Positions 49,936-61,499 are shown, counted from the first letter of the stretch. The stretch is 62,724 bases of DNA from Bacteroidota bacterium (GCA_947492885.1 CANLPK010000006.1:1-62724), one strand, 5' to 3'. Notes: generated from the sequence alone by a model not told the origin. Numbers and translations are program-made.

Positions 49936-50586
49936 TTAAGATAGCTCGGCAATGACACTAACTCCGCCTTTCACCACCTCTTGCAGGCTCACATTGATTT
50001 TGGTTCCCAATGGGAAATACAAATCAACACGAGATCCAAACTTAATAAATCCCATCTCACCACCAGTCACCGCCTTATCACCTTCCTTACTGTACATCAC
50101 AATGCGTCGGGCCATGGCGCCAGCAATCTGACGGAAAAGCACTGCTGTCTTATCATTCTTCACAACCACCGTGGTGCGCTCATTTTCGGTCGACGATTTA
50201 GGATGCCAGGCCACTAAATACTTTCCTGGATGGTATTTGGCGTAATCTACTACACCACTTATTGGATAGCGATTCACATGTACGTTAAATGGCGACATGA
50301 AAATAGAAACCTGGATGCGCTTGTCTTTGAAATATTCGGGTTCTTCCACTTCTTCAATCACCACTACTTTCCCATCGGCAGGAGCAATCACCTGATTGGC
50401 ATTGGCTACAGTTTGGCGAGGTGGATTGCGGAAAAACTGTAATACAATAACCATCACTCCCATACTCAAAACAACAACTGCCTTAAATAACCATTCGGGG
50501 GCAATGGCATGCGTACCATAACATAAGAGAGTAAGTACTCCTAAACTTATTAAAATGGTTGGATATCCTTCTTTGTGTAAAAACAT
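49936..50586 (-). CDS. psd: Phosphatidylserine decarboxylase proenzyme
   Basis: FFRNP, APADGKV, IFMSPFNVHVNR, ENER, QIAG..ARRI and FGSRVD self-cleavage site. Confidence 0.93.
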   Translation of the reverse strand: MFLHKEGYPTILISLGVLTLLCYGTHAIAPEWLFKAVVVLSMGVMVIVLQFFRNPPRQTVANANQVIAPADGKVVVIEEVEEPEYFKDKRIQVSIFMSPFNVHVNRYPISGVVDYAKYHPGKYLVAWHPKSSTENERTTVVVKNDKTAVLFRQIAGAMARRIVMYSKEGDKAVTGGEMGFIKFGSRVDLYFPLGTKINVSLQEVVKGGVSVIAELS

Positions 50587-50630
50587 AATTACGATCTAAA
50601 TAAATTAAAAAATTAAATTTTGATTGGGGT

Positions 50631-51038
50631 TTAGAAACTGCGATTGTCTTTCACCCACTGACGAATATAATCAGCTATTTCATGCATGGGCGTTCCGGGA
50701 GGAAATAACTCTCCAACACCTTGGGCTTTGAGCTTTTGCATGTCTTCATCAGGAATGATGCCGCCACCAGTGAGCAATACATCATTCATGTTTTTCTCTT
50801 TCATCAACTGTAGAATTTTTGGAAAAACGGTATTGTGCGCTCCACTCAAAATACTGACACCAATCGCGTCAACATCTTCTTGCAATGCGGTATTTACCAC
50901 CATCTCCGCTGTTTGGCGCAAGCCAGTATAAATAACTTCCATGCCGGCATCACGCAAGGAGGTGGCAATTACTTTGGCCCCTCTATCGTGGCCATCAAGG
51001 CCAACTTTTGCTACAAGTACTCGTATCGGACGGTTCAT
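50631..51038 (-). CDS. Stand-alone cobalamin-binding subunit of methylmalonyl-CoA mutase family
   Basis: [17 protein letters not shown] and GGGIIP. Confidence 0.93.
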   Translation of the reverse strand: MNRPIRVLVAKVGLDGHDRGAKVIATSLRDAGMEVIYTGLRQTAEMVVNTALQEDVDAIGVSILSGAHNTVFPKILQLMKEKNMNDVLLTGGGIIPDEDMQKLKAQGVGELFPPGTPMHEIADYIRQWVKDNRSF

Positions 51039-51081
51039 CTTTTTAGTTGATTTAACGTGTGATTAAAACTTTTCGAAGGAC

Positions 51082-52365
51082 TTATTTTATTGTAAAAGAG
51101 AAATAATTCTTCTTGCCACTTTGTACTAAAATATATTTTTCCTTAATGATATTTTCTTCATTAACGATGAGGTTTATATCATTAATCTTCGACTTATTGA
51201 TACTTACGCCACCTCCTTCAATCAATCGTTTGGCTTCGCCTTTCGATTTAGAGATGGTGGAATGGGTGGCTAATAAATCCATGATTCCAATACCAGCGCT
51301 AAGAATGCTTCGTTCAATCTCAAATTGCTTGATACTATCGGCTACTTCTTCAAATACACTGTCAGGCAAGGCTGCTAAACCATCAATCGTATTGCCAAAG
51401 AGTGCTTCTGATGCGGCTTTGGCTTGTATTAATGCTTCAGCACTATGTACTCGGGTTGTGATTTCATCAGCCAGTGCTTTTTGTAATATTCGTAAATGCG
51501 GCGCTGCCAAATGTTCCGCTTCAATGGCTTCTATCTCTTCCTTGTTTTTCAATGAGAAGATTCGGATATATGTAGCTACATCGGCATCGGCGGCATTGAG
51601 CCAGAACTGATAAAATTTATATGGCGATGTACGTTTTGGGTCGAGCCATACATTGCCTCCTTCGGTTTTGCCAAACTTGGTTCCATCGGCTTTCTTAATC
51701 AATGGGGTGGTTAATGCAAATGCTTCTCCTCCATCTTTACGGCGAATGAGTTCGGTTCCTGTTACTATATTGCCCCATTGGTCGCTTCCCCCCATCTGTA
51801 TCATTACCCCATGGTTTTTCCATAGGTAGTAGAAATCGTATCCCTGCACCAGCTGATAACTAAATTCGGTGAAGCTCATGCCTGTTTCCAGTCTCGATTT
51901 CACAGAATCCTTGGCCATCATATAATTCACGCTTAAATGCTTTCCAATATCACGAATGAAATCAAGGAAAGTCATCGTCTTAAACCAATCGTAATTGTTT
52001 ACGATGATGGCTCCATTCTCTCCAGTAAAGTCTAGGAATTTCTCCAGCTGTGCTTTCTGACAACTTAGGTTATGATTCAATGTTGCTTCATCAAGCAAAT
52101 TACGCTCTGCACTTTTTCCACTTGGGTCGCCTACCATTCCGGTGGCTCCGCCTACCAGAGCAATTGGCTTGTGGCCGCAACGCTGAAAATGCAATAGCGA
52201 CATGATTTGTACGAGGTTCCCAACGCCTAATGAGTCGGCTGTAGGATCGAATCCGATATAACCAGTTGTCATGCCTCGATTCAATAATTCTTCGGTACCG
52301 GGCATAATATCATGCAACATGCCCCTCCATTTTAATTCATCGATATAATTTTTGATCGTACTCAT
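51082..52365 (-). CDS. tyrS: Tyrosine-tRNA ligase
   Basis: YIGFDPTADSL, GDPSGK, EFSYQL.Q.YD, QMGGSDQWGN, KFGKT and C-terminal S4 domain. Confidence 0.97.
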   Translation of the reverse strand: MSTIKNYIDELKWRGMLHDIMPGTEELLNRGMTTGYIGFDPTADSLGVGNLVQIMSLLHFQRCGHKPIALVGGATGMVGDPSGKSAERNLLDEATLNHNLSCQKAQLEKFLDFTGENGAIIVNNYDWFKTMTFLDFIRDIGKHLSVNYMMAKDSVKSRLETGMSFTEFSYQLVQGYDFYYLWKNHGVMIQMGGSDQWGNIVTGTELIRRKDGGEAFALTTPLIKKADGTKFGKTEGGNVWLDPKRTSPYKFYQFWLNAADADVATYIRIFSLKNKEEIEAIEAEHLAAPHLRILQKALADEITTRVHSAEALIQAKAASEALFGNTIDGLAALPDSVFEEVADSIKQFEIERSILSAGIGIMDLLATHSTISKSKGEAKRLIEGGGVSINKSKINDINLIVNEENIIKEKYILVQSGKKNYFSFTIK

Positions 52366-52372
52366 TTAATAT

Positions 52373-54160
52373 TTAATCAAGTTTCAATACTGCCATGAAC
52401 GCCGATTGTGGAATTTCAACATTTCCTACCTGGCGCATACGTTTCTTACCAGCTTTTTGCTTTTCAAGTAATTTACGTTTACGAGAAATATCACCTCCAT
52501 AACACTTCGCGGTTACATCTTTACGCATGGCACTGATGGTTTCGCGGGATATAATTTTAGATCCAATCGCAGCTTGAATGGCGATTTCAAATTGTTGGCG
52601 AGGAATTAATTCTTTTAATTTCTCACATATTTTTTTACCCCAATCATATGCTTTATCGCGATGAATTACCGCGCTCAAAGCATCCACTGGCTCCTTGTTA
52701 AGCATGATATCAAGTTTCACCAAGTGACTCTCACGATATCCAATGGGATGGTAATCGAGGGATGCATAACCTCTCGAAATTGATTTTAATTTATCGAAGA
52801 AATCGAATACAATTTCACCCATCGGCATCTCAAAATTAAGTTCCACACGGTCGGTGGTTAAGAAATGCTGATTACCAATGATACCGCGCTTTTGAATACA
52901 TAATGAGATAATGCCTCCCATGTATTCGCTCTTGGTAATTATTTGCGCTTTGATATAAGGTTCTTCTACGTAATCGGTTTTCGATGGGTCGGGTAAATCG
53001 CTTGGGTTGTTTACAATGACCTCTTCACCATTGGTAAGAAATGCTTTGTAACTCACATTGGGAACCGTAGTAATTACGGTCATATTGAATTCTCTCTCCA
53101 ATCGTTCTTGAATAATTTCCATATGAAGCATTCCTAAGAATCCGCAACGGAAACCAAATCCTAGGGCTGCCGATGATTCCGGTTCAAAAACCAAGGAAGC
53201 ATCATTCAGCTGGAGCTTGGCCATGCTCTCGCGTAATTCTTCAAAATCGTCGGTATCTACCGGGTAGATTCCCGCGAATACCATAGGTTTCACATCCTCA
53301 AATCCCTGAATCGACTCCGAGCAAGGGTCGGCCACATTGGTAATCGTATCACCCACTTTTACCTCTTTGGCGGCTTTAATACCCGATATGATATAACCTA
53401 CATCGCCCGTCTTTACTACATCGCGAGGTTCTTTTTCGATACGTAATACGCCAATCTCTTCTGCAAAATATTCTTTTTCTGTGTTCACAAATTTCACTCG
53501 GTCGCCTTTACGCATCTCCCCATCTACAATTTTGAAATAGGCGATGATACCTCGGAAGGAGTTGAAAACGGAATCGAAGATCAATGCCTTCAAAGGTGCT
53601 TTTTCATTGCCTTTTGGAGGTGGTACCCGATCGATGATGGCATTGATAATATCGTAAACCCCTTCTCCGGTTTTGCCACTGGCACGTAAAATATCTTCGT
53701 ATTTGCAACCAATCAAGGCTACAATTTGGTCGCTCACTTCTTCAGGCATAGAGCCAGGAAGGTCGATTTTATTAAGTACTGGGATAATCTCTAAATTATT
53801 TTCAAGTGCCAAATACAAGTTCGAGATAGTTTGCGCTTGAATTCCTTGCGATGAATCAACAATTAGAAGGGCTCCTTCACAAGCGGCGATACTTCGCGAT
53901 ACTTCATAAGCAAAATCAACGTGCCCTGGAGTATCGATCAAATTTAAAACGTAAGGTTGGTTTTTATAAATATAGTCCATCTGAATCGCATGACTCTTGA
54001 TGGTTATTCCGCGCTCACGTTCAATATCCATATCATCTAAAATCTGCGCTTTTTGGTCGCGCTGACTCACCGTCTTGGTATATTCTAAAAGACGGTCTGC
54101 TAAAGTGCTCTTGCCATGGTCGATATGGGCTATAATACAAAAGTTGCGTATATGCTGCAT
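52373..54160 (-). CDS. lepA: Elongation factor 4 (LepA)
   Basis: [23 protein letters not shown] and KCYGGD; -7 element TATCTTCG at 54191-54198. Confidence 0.98.
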   Translation of the reverse strand: MQHIRNFCIIAHIDHGKSTLADRLLEYTKTVSQRDQKAQILDDMDIERERGITIKSHAIQMDYIYKNQPYVLNLIDTPGHVDFAYEVSRSIAACEGALLIVDSSQGIQAQTISNLYLALENNLEIIPVLNKIDLPGSMPEEVSDQIVALIGCKYEDILRASGKTGEGVYDIINAIIDRVPPPKGNEKAPLKALIFDSVFNSFRGIIAYFKIVDGEMRKGDRVKFVNTEKEYFAEEIGVLRIEKEPRDVVKTGDVGYIISGIKAAKEVKVGDTITNVADPCSESIQGFEDVKPMVFAGIYPVDTDDFEELRESMAKLQLNDASLVFEPESSAALGFGFRCGFLGMLHMEIIQERLEREFNMTVITTVPNVSYKAFLTNGEEVIVNNPSDLPDPSKTDYVEEPYIKAQIITKSEYMGGIISLCIQKRGIIGNQHFLTTDRVELNFEMPMGEIVFDFFDKLKSISRGYASLDYHPIGYRESHLVKLDIMLNKEPVDALSAVIHRDKAYDWGKKICEKLKELIPRQQFEIAIQAAIGSKIISRETISAMRKDVTAKCYGGDISRKRKLLEKQKAGKKRMRQVGNVEIPQSAFMAVLKLD

Positions 54161-54416
54161 GAAGGGATTCTAAGGTAAAATTTCAAAACGCGAAGATAAG
54201 GAAAAGGAGGGAGGAAAAGGAAAGCGCTGTTTAAATGAATATGGGAAGATTTTGTGCTTTTGTCAAGTTTGGGTCATCCCCCTTTTTTAGGTCGAATGAA
54301 ATGTCATTTTAGACTATTACAATTGTATTACCTTATTCGTCATTCCTTGCTAAAAGGATACACATTATCTGCTAATTTTAGGACAAGCTTTTGGGAACAT
54401 CGAATTCTGATTTTTT

Positions 54417-55148
54417 TCAGAATCGAGTTTCTAAATAATGTGGTAAAATCGCTCTCCAGGTAGGCCAGTCGTGTTTCCATTCATGTCCCCATACATCGAG
54501 TTCATAAGTAATTCCTTTGCTGTAAAGCACCCCTGCAAATTTCTTCGACGATTCAGGATCTTCATAAGCGCCACTGCCGGTAACAATATGAATATGCTTG
54601 CTTTTTTGAATATTATTCAAAATACTTTCATCGGTTAAATTCGGGATGTACTGCATTGGCGAGTTGAAATACACTTGTTCATCGTGATAGCCTTTGGTGT
54701 ATTCGGCTAAATCGTATACTCCACTCATCGCGATAACCCCATCAATTAAATCGGGGCGTTTTAAGAAGAGGTTCATGCTATGCAAAGCCCCAAACGAAGC
54801 CCCACAAAGTATTATAGGTGTTTCTTTAGATGTGTTCTTCTTGATGAAAGGAAGCACCTCATTATAAATATACTCGTTAAACTGGTTGTGACGAATGGCT
54901 TTATGCGCTCCTTCCATATTATTATTGAGCCAGCTTTCGTTATTGATGCTATTCACTGAAAACACACGCACCTTGCCTCCATCGATATAAGGAGCGAGCA
55001 CATCCATCATTTGGAAACGTTCATATTCGAGGTAATCGGCAGCGGCGGTAGGTACAAAAAGTAGTGCAAATCCGGCATGTCCGTAGGATACAATAGGCAT
55101 CTCCGACTGAAGTGCCAGGCTAAACCAACTCGTAATTTCTCTATTCAT
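54417..55148 (-). CDS. Putative esterase (alpha/beta hydrolase)
   Basis: YGHAG, GASFG nucleophile, SGVYD and HDWPTW. Confidence 0.88.
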   Translation of the reverse strand: MNREITSWFSLALQSEMPIVSYGHAGFALLFVPTAAADYLEYERFQMMDVLAPYIDGGKVRVFSVNSINNESWLNNNMEGAHKAIRHNQFNEYIYNEVLPFIKKNTSKETPIILCGASFGALHSMNLFLKRPDLIDGVIAMSGVYDLAEYTKGYHDEQVYFNSPMQYIPNLTDESILNNIQKSKHIHIVTGSGAYEDPESSKKFAGVLYSKGITYELDVWGHEWKHDWPTWRAILPHYLETRF

Positions 55149-55325
55149 GATTTTTTAATTTCAGTTATTGTGATAAAGCAAAGATGTTAAATTATTTGAT
55201 AATTCCTAAGAGAAAGTGGGCGCGAGGTTTGATTTCTTCTAAAGATAGAAAATTCTTGTTTCAATGAAAAAGGAGCTTGATCAAAGCTGCCTAATTGAAA
55301 ATTATCCAATGAACTCTATTTATAT

Positions 55326-56561
55326 TTAGTTCAATATTGCAAACTTGCCACACCCAAATTCTTTCATGCTATCTATCGAGTCTTCAACTTCATCGGCTAA
55401 GATATGGGTGGTTTTGTTTCTGCAAAATGGGCAAGAATTCATGTATCCATCGGTGTCTATATAAAGGTATCGGGAACCCGCACCTGCACATCCTATGAGC
55501 CGCTGGCGGTAACCATGATAAATTACAATTGGCATGTCTTTGAATTCTTTCACATTATTCATTTTGAAATAAAAATCGGTTAATATTTTTTCATGCTCAG
55601 GAGTCAGTGAAACATCCATCCCTTCGTAATTGCCTACCGCTCTTGGTTCGAGCAGTTGAATAAAACTTGCACCAAGTTTTTTTGATAGTTGAATATAGGC
55701 CATCAGATTTTCTTCGGTGCAAAAATCACGGGTTACACATACAGAAAATGCGATCACGAGTTTTGCTTTTTGTGCATTTTTAGCTGCTTCTTCTACCCAA
55801 TAGTAGGCATCATCAAATCGTCTGAACTTATTATGGCTTTCTGGATTGTAATGATCTAAGCTAATTGCAGCACCTGTTAAGCCGGCTTTCTTTAAACGAA
55901 ATGCATTTTCCAAAGTGAAATTAAAACCAGAAGTGGCAATCCAAAAATCAGAAGTTTTTCGAGCGGTTTGTAATAGTTCCACTAAATCATTGATACGCAC
56001 CATGGGTTCCCCACCTCCAAATTGAAATTGCGAAATCCCAGCATCCTGAAGTTTTCTTAAAATCTTTTTATGATCGTCGAGCGTTAATGTTTCCTTCTTA
56101 TTTAGCTCCTTCGATTCATAGCAATGTTCGCAATTGAGTGGGCATTTTTTGGTGAAACCAATCAATACCATTCTAAGATTTTCGAGGTTAGATACTTTCT
56201 TTCCAAGTAATAGTTTTCCTTCGATATCAAAGAGGCGCATGAAATATTTTGCAGGGAAACCGTTATTATTAATATTGAAAAAATAGCGCCCATCTACAAG
56301 GGCTATTTTCCGGATTTTCCGGTCGAGTGTGAGCCTGTTTTTTAAGGCCATTACTCTTTTAATGATTTTATAAAAATGTATAGGATTTGGGAAGCGTTGA
56401 AGAACACCTACGATAATACTTCCCCACATTTTCAAAATAATAAGGTCCTTTTTATAACCACCAATAATGGGTGATTCAAATATTGTAGTTGCTAAGGCTC
56501 GTTCACTTTGTAGCGGTTCAACAACGAATTCCGCACTCTTAATTTCCATTCGATTTAGCAT
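55326..56561 (-). CDS. Radical SAM protein with C-terminal SPASM/Twitch-like Cys cluster
   Basis: C140-x3-C-x2-C (CPLNCEHC), GGGEP, TSG, ISLD and CAGAG..YLYIDTDG...CPFC...C; start could be 56549. Confidence 0.9.
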   Translation of the reverse strand: MLNRMEIKSAEFVVEPLQSERALATTIFESPIIGGYKKDLIILKMWGSIIVGVLQRFPNPIHFYKIIKRVMALKNRLTLDRKIRKIALVDGRYFFNINNNGFPAKYFMRLFDIEGKLLLGKKVSNLENLRMVLIGFTKKCPLNCEHCYESKELNKKETLTLDDHKKILRKLQDAGISQFQFGGGEPMVRINDLVELLQTARKTSDFWIATSGFNFTLENAFRLKKAGLTGAAISLDHYNPESHNKFRRFDDAYYWVEEAAKNAQKAKLVIAFSVCVTRDFCTEENLMAYIQLSKKLGASFIQLLEPRAVGNYEGMDVSLTPEHEKILTDFYFKMNNVKEFKDMPIVIYHGYRQRLIGCAGAGSRYLYIDTDGYMNSCPFCRNKTTHILADEVEDSIDSMKEFGCGKFAILN

Positions 56562-58188
56562 TAGTTGCGTTCAAGAAATTTTGAATTTCAAAATATTTTT
56601 TACGGGAGAAAACGGAGAAGCCACCTGGTTTTTTTACCTTCATGAGTTCTTTATAATGAGGTTTTCCAGTGTAAGTTTCCGTGCGATTATAATATCCTTT
56701 GCTATGAATAAAAACGGTTTGATTCATCGTGTTGTTTTTAGGAATTGAATCAAATTTAACGATCACATAATCGCTAATATTATAATGAATCAAGTAATTT
56801 GTATCGTTATCAAGTAAAGCAATCACATGGTCAACTCCTAAAGAGTCAATCGCTGATAAAGGCTTCAAATAATCGACAGAAACTTTTTTGTCGGCGCTAT
56901 AATCGATACCAATAGCATTGAGTTCCCAAAAGTAAAACCCCGATTTTAACATAATTTGAAAAGTGTCTCCTTCAATCTTTGAAAGATCAATAGGCATAAT
57001 CAAATCGCGTGAAGCCATCGTGCCTACTAGGTTGTAGTAATCAATAAATTCCCAACTCTTTGAGGTTTTTAGATAGACAGATAATGGAATGCCTTGTTTT
57101 ATGGAACCTGCTTTTATTTCTTCTGAAGGTTTCTGTGTTTGTTTTGCTACCCAATCTTCATATTTCTCCCCAAGTAATTTACATATCTCATTGTAGGCAT
57201 ATCCCGACCAGTCGGTGTTTTTAGCATTCACCACCAATTTGCTCGTGTTCGAATTTTTTGGTTTGGTAAACGTTAGGATTAGTGAATTGAGGGGGTCGGT
57301 TTCCGTTGGATCATTGAATGCATAACTTGTATTATCTATAGCAGTTACTTCTTTAAGATGATCATTCGTTCCCGAAGAAACTGCCCCAATGGGCGCTTGC
57401 AGGTTTTCATAGGTATGTAAAACTCCTTCCTTATCATTCAATACATTGATGCCCTTTTCATGATTTACAATCATCAGCTCGAATTGATTGGTATACTGAT
57501 GTTCCTTCTTTAGGTTCATGATCTTAAATTGATATGAATTGGGAGAGGCATCTAAATTATTTAATTTTAAAAAATCGTTTCGTTCCACACTTTTATATAC
57601 TGCGCCTGGAAACATTACACCAGTAAAATTATAATTAAGACTATCGCCAGTATAAACATAGGGGCAATTACAAAGAATCGCTAATAGTGCCACAAAGCCA
57701 CCGGGTATAAATGGAATTGTATATGATGCCCCCGTTTTAATGTAATTGGATTCCAGCATTACTATTTTTGAAATGCTGTCAATTGGGATACTCACCTCCC
57801 CAGTACGTATCATCACGGCATCTTTTACATAGATGCCAATTTGGTTGGTTGCAAACCTTTTTTCTTCCTTATAAAATATTTGTCGACCATCCTTTTTCGA
57901 TGAAAAATGAATATAAGATGGATTCGCAGGTTTTACATTCCCACTAATTATTTTATTGGTGGTATCTACTTTGAAATTAACCAACAAATAGCCAGAATCT
58001 TGCTGATATATCAGTATTGTCTTACGATAGTAGTCAAGTTTTAATGTTGTCTTTTGAATTCTGCCATTCTCTTCATTTGCAAGGGTAGTCTTTTGATAAT
58101 ACCTGAGGAAACACCCCGATAACATTCCTTGAAATGCAAGAAAAATAATTGCGAATAAGATTTTGTAGGCCTTGATTTTATTAAGCAT
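56539..58188 (-). CDS. Hypothetical lipoprotein-like protein with internal hydrophobic segment and CNCPYVY motif
   Basis: 549-aa ORF, lipobox-like LSGC26, hydrophobic stretch then C173-N-C175-P; overlaps the radical SAM gene. Confidence 0.8.
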   Translation of the reverse strand: MLNKIKAYKILFAIIFLAFQGMLSGCFLRYYQKTTLANEENGRIQKTTLKLDYYRKTILIYQQDSGYLLVNFKVDTTNKIISGNVKPANPSYIHFSSKKDGRQIFYKEEKRFATNQIGIYVKDAVMIRTGEVSIPIDSISKIVMLESNYIKTGASYTIPFIPGGFVALLAILCNCPYVYTGDSLNYNFTGVMFPGAVYKSVERNDFLKLNNLDASPNSYQFKIMNLKKEHQYTNQFELMIVNHEKGINVLNDKEGVLHTYENLQAPIGAVSSGTNDHLKEVTAIDNTSYAFNDPTETDPLNSLILTFTKPKNSNTSKLVVNAKNTDWSGYAYNEICKLLGEKYEDWVAKQTQKPSEEIKAGSIKQGIPLSVYLKTSKSWEFIDYYNLVGTMASRDLIMPIDLSKIEGDTFQIMLKSGFYFWELNAIGIDYSADKKVSVDYLKPLSAIDSLGVDHVIALLDNDTNYLIHYNISDYVIVKFDSIPKNNTMNQTVFIHSKGYYNRTETYTGKPHYKELMKVKKPGGFSVFSRKKYFEIQNFLNATNAKSNGN

Positions 58189-58310
58189 GGGTAATTTTTA
58201 TATTAAAAAAGACGAATATAGATTAATAAGTTGTTGAAAGTGAAAATATTAATAATCTTATAATTATGAAATTAAATCTATATCATTGCTTTTTAGAAAT
58301 GAAATAGTTT

Positions 58311-58940
58311 ATGAGAAATCAATTCAAAACACTCGTACTGATTATCCTTGGGTTAGTGATGGCTCCCGTTAATACTAAGGCGCAAATGCTAGAAGTAAGA
58401 AGCAATATCATTTCCATGGGATATGGATTTCCGAGAAACTATAATCAGCAAGTTGGGAATTATGCTGGAGGTAAAGACAACATAAAATCTACCGGTGTCG
58501 TCTATTTGAAATATGAACATTTCATCAGCACTAATTTTAGTATTGGGGCAACTGCTAATTTTATGAAACTTTCCGCAGTTGGTGATGTATATGTATATAA
58601 GACGGATTTACTAGGATGGCGCAGAGAGTATGTTACAAAAGGAACTATCTCGAGTTTTCGTTCGAGTTTCCTTTTTAGATTTAATTCCCATTTTGAGCTT
58701 TCCGATCATCTCGAAGCATTTTGGGGATTGGGATTGGGTTTTAGAAAGGCTAATGAAAAGATAACTACTTCATCGAGTGTAACTATTTCTTCACATTCTC
58801 CCTATCTTGGGCTTACCCTTGCGATTTGCCCTGACGCAAGTGTTGGGCTCCGTTATAAATGTAATGAAAAAATAATGCTTTATACGGAACTGGGACTGGG
58901 GCAATCTTACTTTCAATTAGGAGTTGCCACCAAATTATAA
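58311..58940 (+). CDS. Probable outer-membrane beta-barrel protein
   Basis: Signal peptide, alternating beta strands (ISMGYGFP, VGLRY, YTELGLG) and terminal strand FQLGVATKL. Confidence 0.7.
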   Translation: MRNQFKTLVLIILGLVMAPVNTKAQMLEVRSNIISMGYGFPRNYNQQVGNYAGGKDNIKSTGVVYLKYEHFISTNFSIGATANFMKLSAVGDVYVYKTDLLGWRREYVTKGTISSFRSSFLFRFNSHFELSDHLEAFWGLGLGFRKANEKITTSSSVTISSHSPYLGLTLAICPDASVGLRYKCNEKIMLYTELGLGQSYFQLGVATKL

Positions 58941-58993
58941 TTTAATTTGTTCTGAATACTTCAACGAGTATCTTGATGTCTTAAAAATAGTTA

Positions 58994-59578
58994 GTGATGA
59001 AAGAAAATATTTATAACCTCCCTAATTTCATCAGCGCCTATCGCATGGCGATGTTTCCAGTTATCTTGTTTTTCGCACTATATAATTATATAAATTATTT
59101 TACGCTTTTCATTTGCATCAACCTAGTGGCTGATATTCTTGATGGCTGGATTGCCCGTAAATTTAATCTGGAAACCAAATTAGGTGCACAATTGGATAGT
59201 CTAGCCGATTTAGGAACTTATATTATGGCAATTTACGGCGTATTTAAATTCAAGTGGAGCGATATTCAAAATGACTATTTGCCATTGTTTTTATTCATCG
59301 CTATCTATTTAATATCACTCCTTATCGCCTGGGTGCGTTTTAAAAAGATGCCAGGACTTCATTTATATTCCTGTGTTGCTACAGCGTATATACAAGGATT
59401 TTTTTTCTTTGCATTGTTTACGTTCGGATTTAACTATTCAATTTATCTATTTTCAATGCTATTTGGTACAATCGCCTATTTGGAAAAAATTCTAGTCTTA
59501 TTTAGACTTAAGGATATCAACTCCACTTCAAAAGGATTGTATTGGATGTTACGGAAGGAGAAGAAGATTTCTGAATAG
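58994..59578 (+). CDS. CDP-alcohol phosphatidyltransferase family protein
   Basis: PNFIS..R and D..DG.IAR......LGAQLDSLAD signature. Confidence 0.92.
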   Translation: MMKENIYNLPNFISAYRMAMFPVILFFALYNYINYFTLFICINLVADILDGWIARKFNLETKLGAQLDSLADLGTYIMAIYGVFKFKWSDIQNDYLPLFLFIAIYLISLLIAWVRFKKMPGLHLYSCVATAYIQGFFFFALFTFGFNYSIYLFSMLFGTIAYLEKILVLFRLKDINSTSKGLYWMLRKEKKISE

Positions 59579-59724
59579 ACTTGCGGCTTCGTGATTGCAA
59601 AATTGATTTTTATTGGATTTAGATTAGTAAAGGATAAATCAGTTAAATGCTTTTAGCTCATAATTTAGAAGGATATCATTCAAACTTATTATGTTGATTG
59701 CTGCCTGAAAGGGCCATAAAAAAC

Positions 59725-59759
59725 AAAAACCCCTGAATATTTAATTATTCAGGGGTTTT
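59725..59759. terminator. Bidirectional intrinsic terminator downstream of tRNA-Glu
   Basis: AAAACCCCTGAATA-N6-TATTCAGGGGTTTT. Confidence 0.85.
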
Positions 59760-59770
59760 GCGGTTTAGGG

Positions 59771-59845
59771 TGGTAGCCCGTAGGGGAGTCGAACCCCTCT
59801 TTCCAGGATGAAAACCTAGCGGCCTAACCGATAGCCGAACGGGCC
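59771..59845 (-). tRNA. tRNA-Glu (anticodon TTC), CCA encoded
   Basis: Reverse complement GGCCCGT...CTAGG-TT-TTC-AT-CCTGG...GGTTCGACTCCCCT-ACGGGCT-ACCA folds as a cloverleaf. Confidence 0.96.
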
Positions 59846-59863
59846 CTCTTTTTTAAAGGAGTG

Positions 59864-59930
59864 CAAAGGTATAAAAATACATTTAATAAGCAAATATTTT
59901 GGAATATTAGTTTTTAAAAATTTAACTTTG
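59864..59930. promoter_or_regulatory. Back-to-back Bacteroidota promoters for tRNA-Glu (minus) and gap (plus)
   Basis: Minus: TTTG (59891-59894), 19 nt, TACCTTTG (59864-59871). Plus: TTTG (59898-59901), 21 nt, TAACTTTG (59923-59930). Confidence 0.7.
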
Positions 59931-59985
59931 CCCCGAATTTAAGGCTTTGCCTTATATTATATATACATAAACATTTCAATTTTAA

Positions 59986-60981
<996 letters not shown>

Positions 60982-60999
60982 TTCCATTTCTAACGCTAT

Positions 61000-61034
61000 A
61001 AAAAAAAGCCATTTAGTTTTAAATGGCTTTTTTT
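61000..61034 (+). terminator. Intrinsic terminator of gap
   Basis: A-tract-GCCATTTA-GTTT-TAAATGGC-T7. Confidence 0.85.
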
Positions 61035-61080
61035 ATTTTCATTTGTATCCTTTTAATCAATTCATAATTTTACTCAAACA

Positions 61081-61386
61081 ATGCGTTACGATAAGCATAT
61101 ATTCATTTGTACCAACCAAAAACCCGATGGCAAAAAATGTTGCGGAGAAGTAGCCGGTATGGAACTTGTCAAAGAATTTAAACGACAACTTACCGAACAT
61201 GGACTTAAAGGCACGGTGAGAGCGCAACGCTCTGGCTGTATCGATGCTTGTGAGTTTGGTCCTTCACTAGTTATCTATCCCGAAGGTACGTACTACGGAC
61301 ATGTCACCATCGCCGATGTAAGCCGAATTATTAACGAGCACGTCGTTGCTGGAAAAGTATTGGAAGATCTGGAATTGAAGTTTTAG
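61081..61386 (+). CDS. Thioredoxin-like [2Fe-2S] ferredoxin
   Basis: HIFICTN...CC...SGCIDACEFGP..VIYPEG.YY. Confidence 0.92.
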   Translation: MRYDKHIFICTNQKPDGKKCCGEVAGMELVKEFKRQLTEHGLKGTVRAQRSGCIDACEFGPSLVIYPEGTYYGHVTIADVSRIINEHVVAGKVLEDLELKF

Positions 61387-61393
61387 TGGGGGT

Positions 61394-61423
61394 GACAAAA
61401 GACGGGACGACAGAAGACGGGAA
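61394..61423 (+). repeat. Short 15-bp tandem direct repeat (7/8-nt sub-period)
   Basis: GACAAAAGACGGGAC / GACAGAAGACGGGAA. Confidence 0.5.
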
Positions 61424-61499
61424 GATGATGGAAAGAAATTTCTGAACTTCCTAATTTTCACTATTTTTACAACGTATAAATCAAAACAAAATTTTTATC

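Noticed and set aside
54254-54463. 69-aa plus-strand ORF as a possible radical-SAM precursor peptide
   Set aside because: GTG start, opposite strand, separated from the rSAM gene by the esterase, overlaps the esterase 3' end and has no leader/core character
55214-55240. GTGGGCGCGAGGTTTGA as a possible tRNA-derived att site bounding the islet
   Set aside because: It does not match the tRNA-Glu 3' end and is too short and degenerate to support
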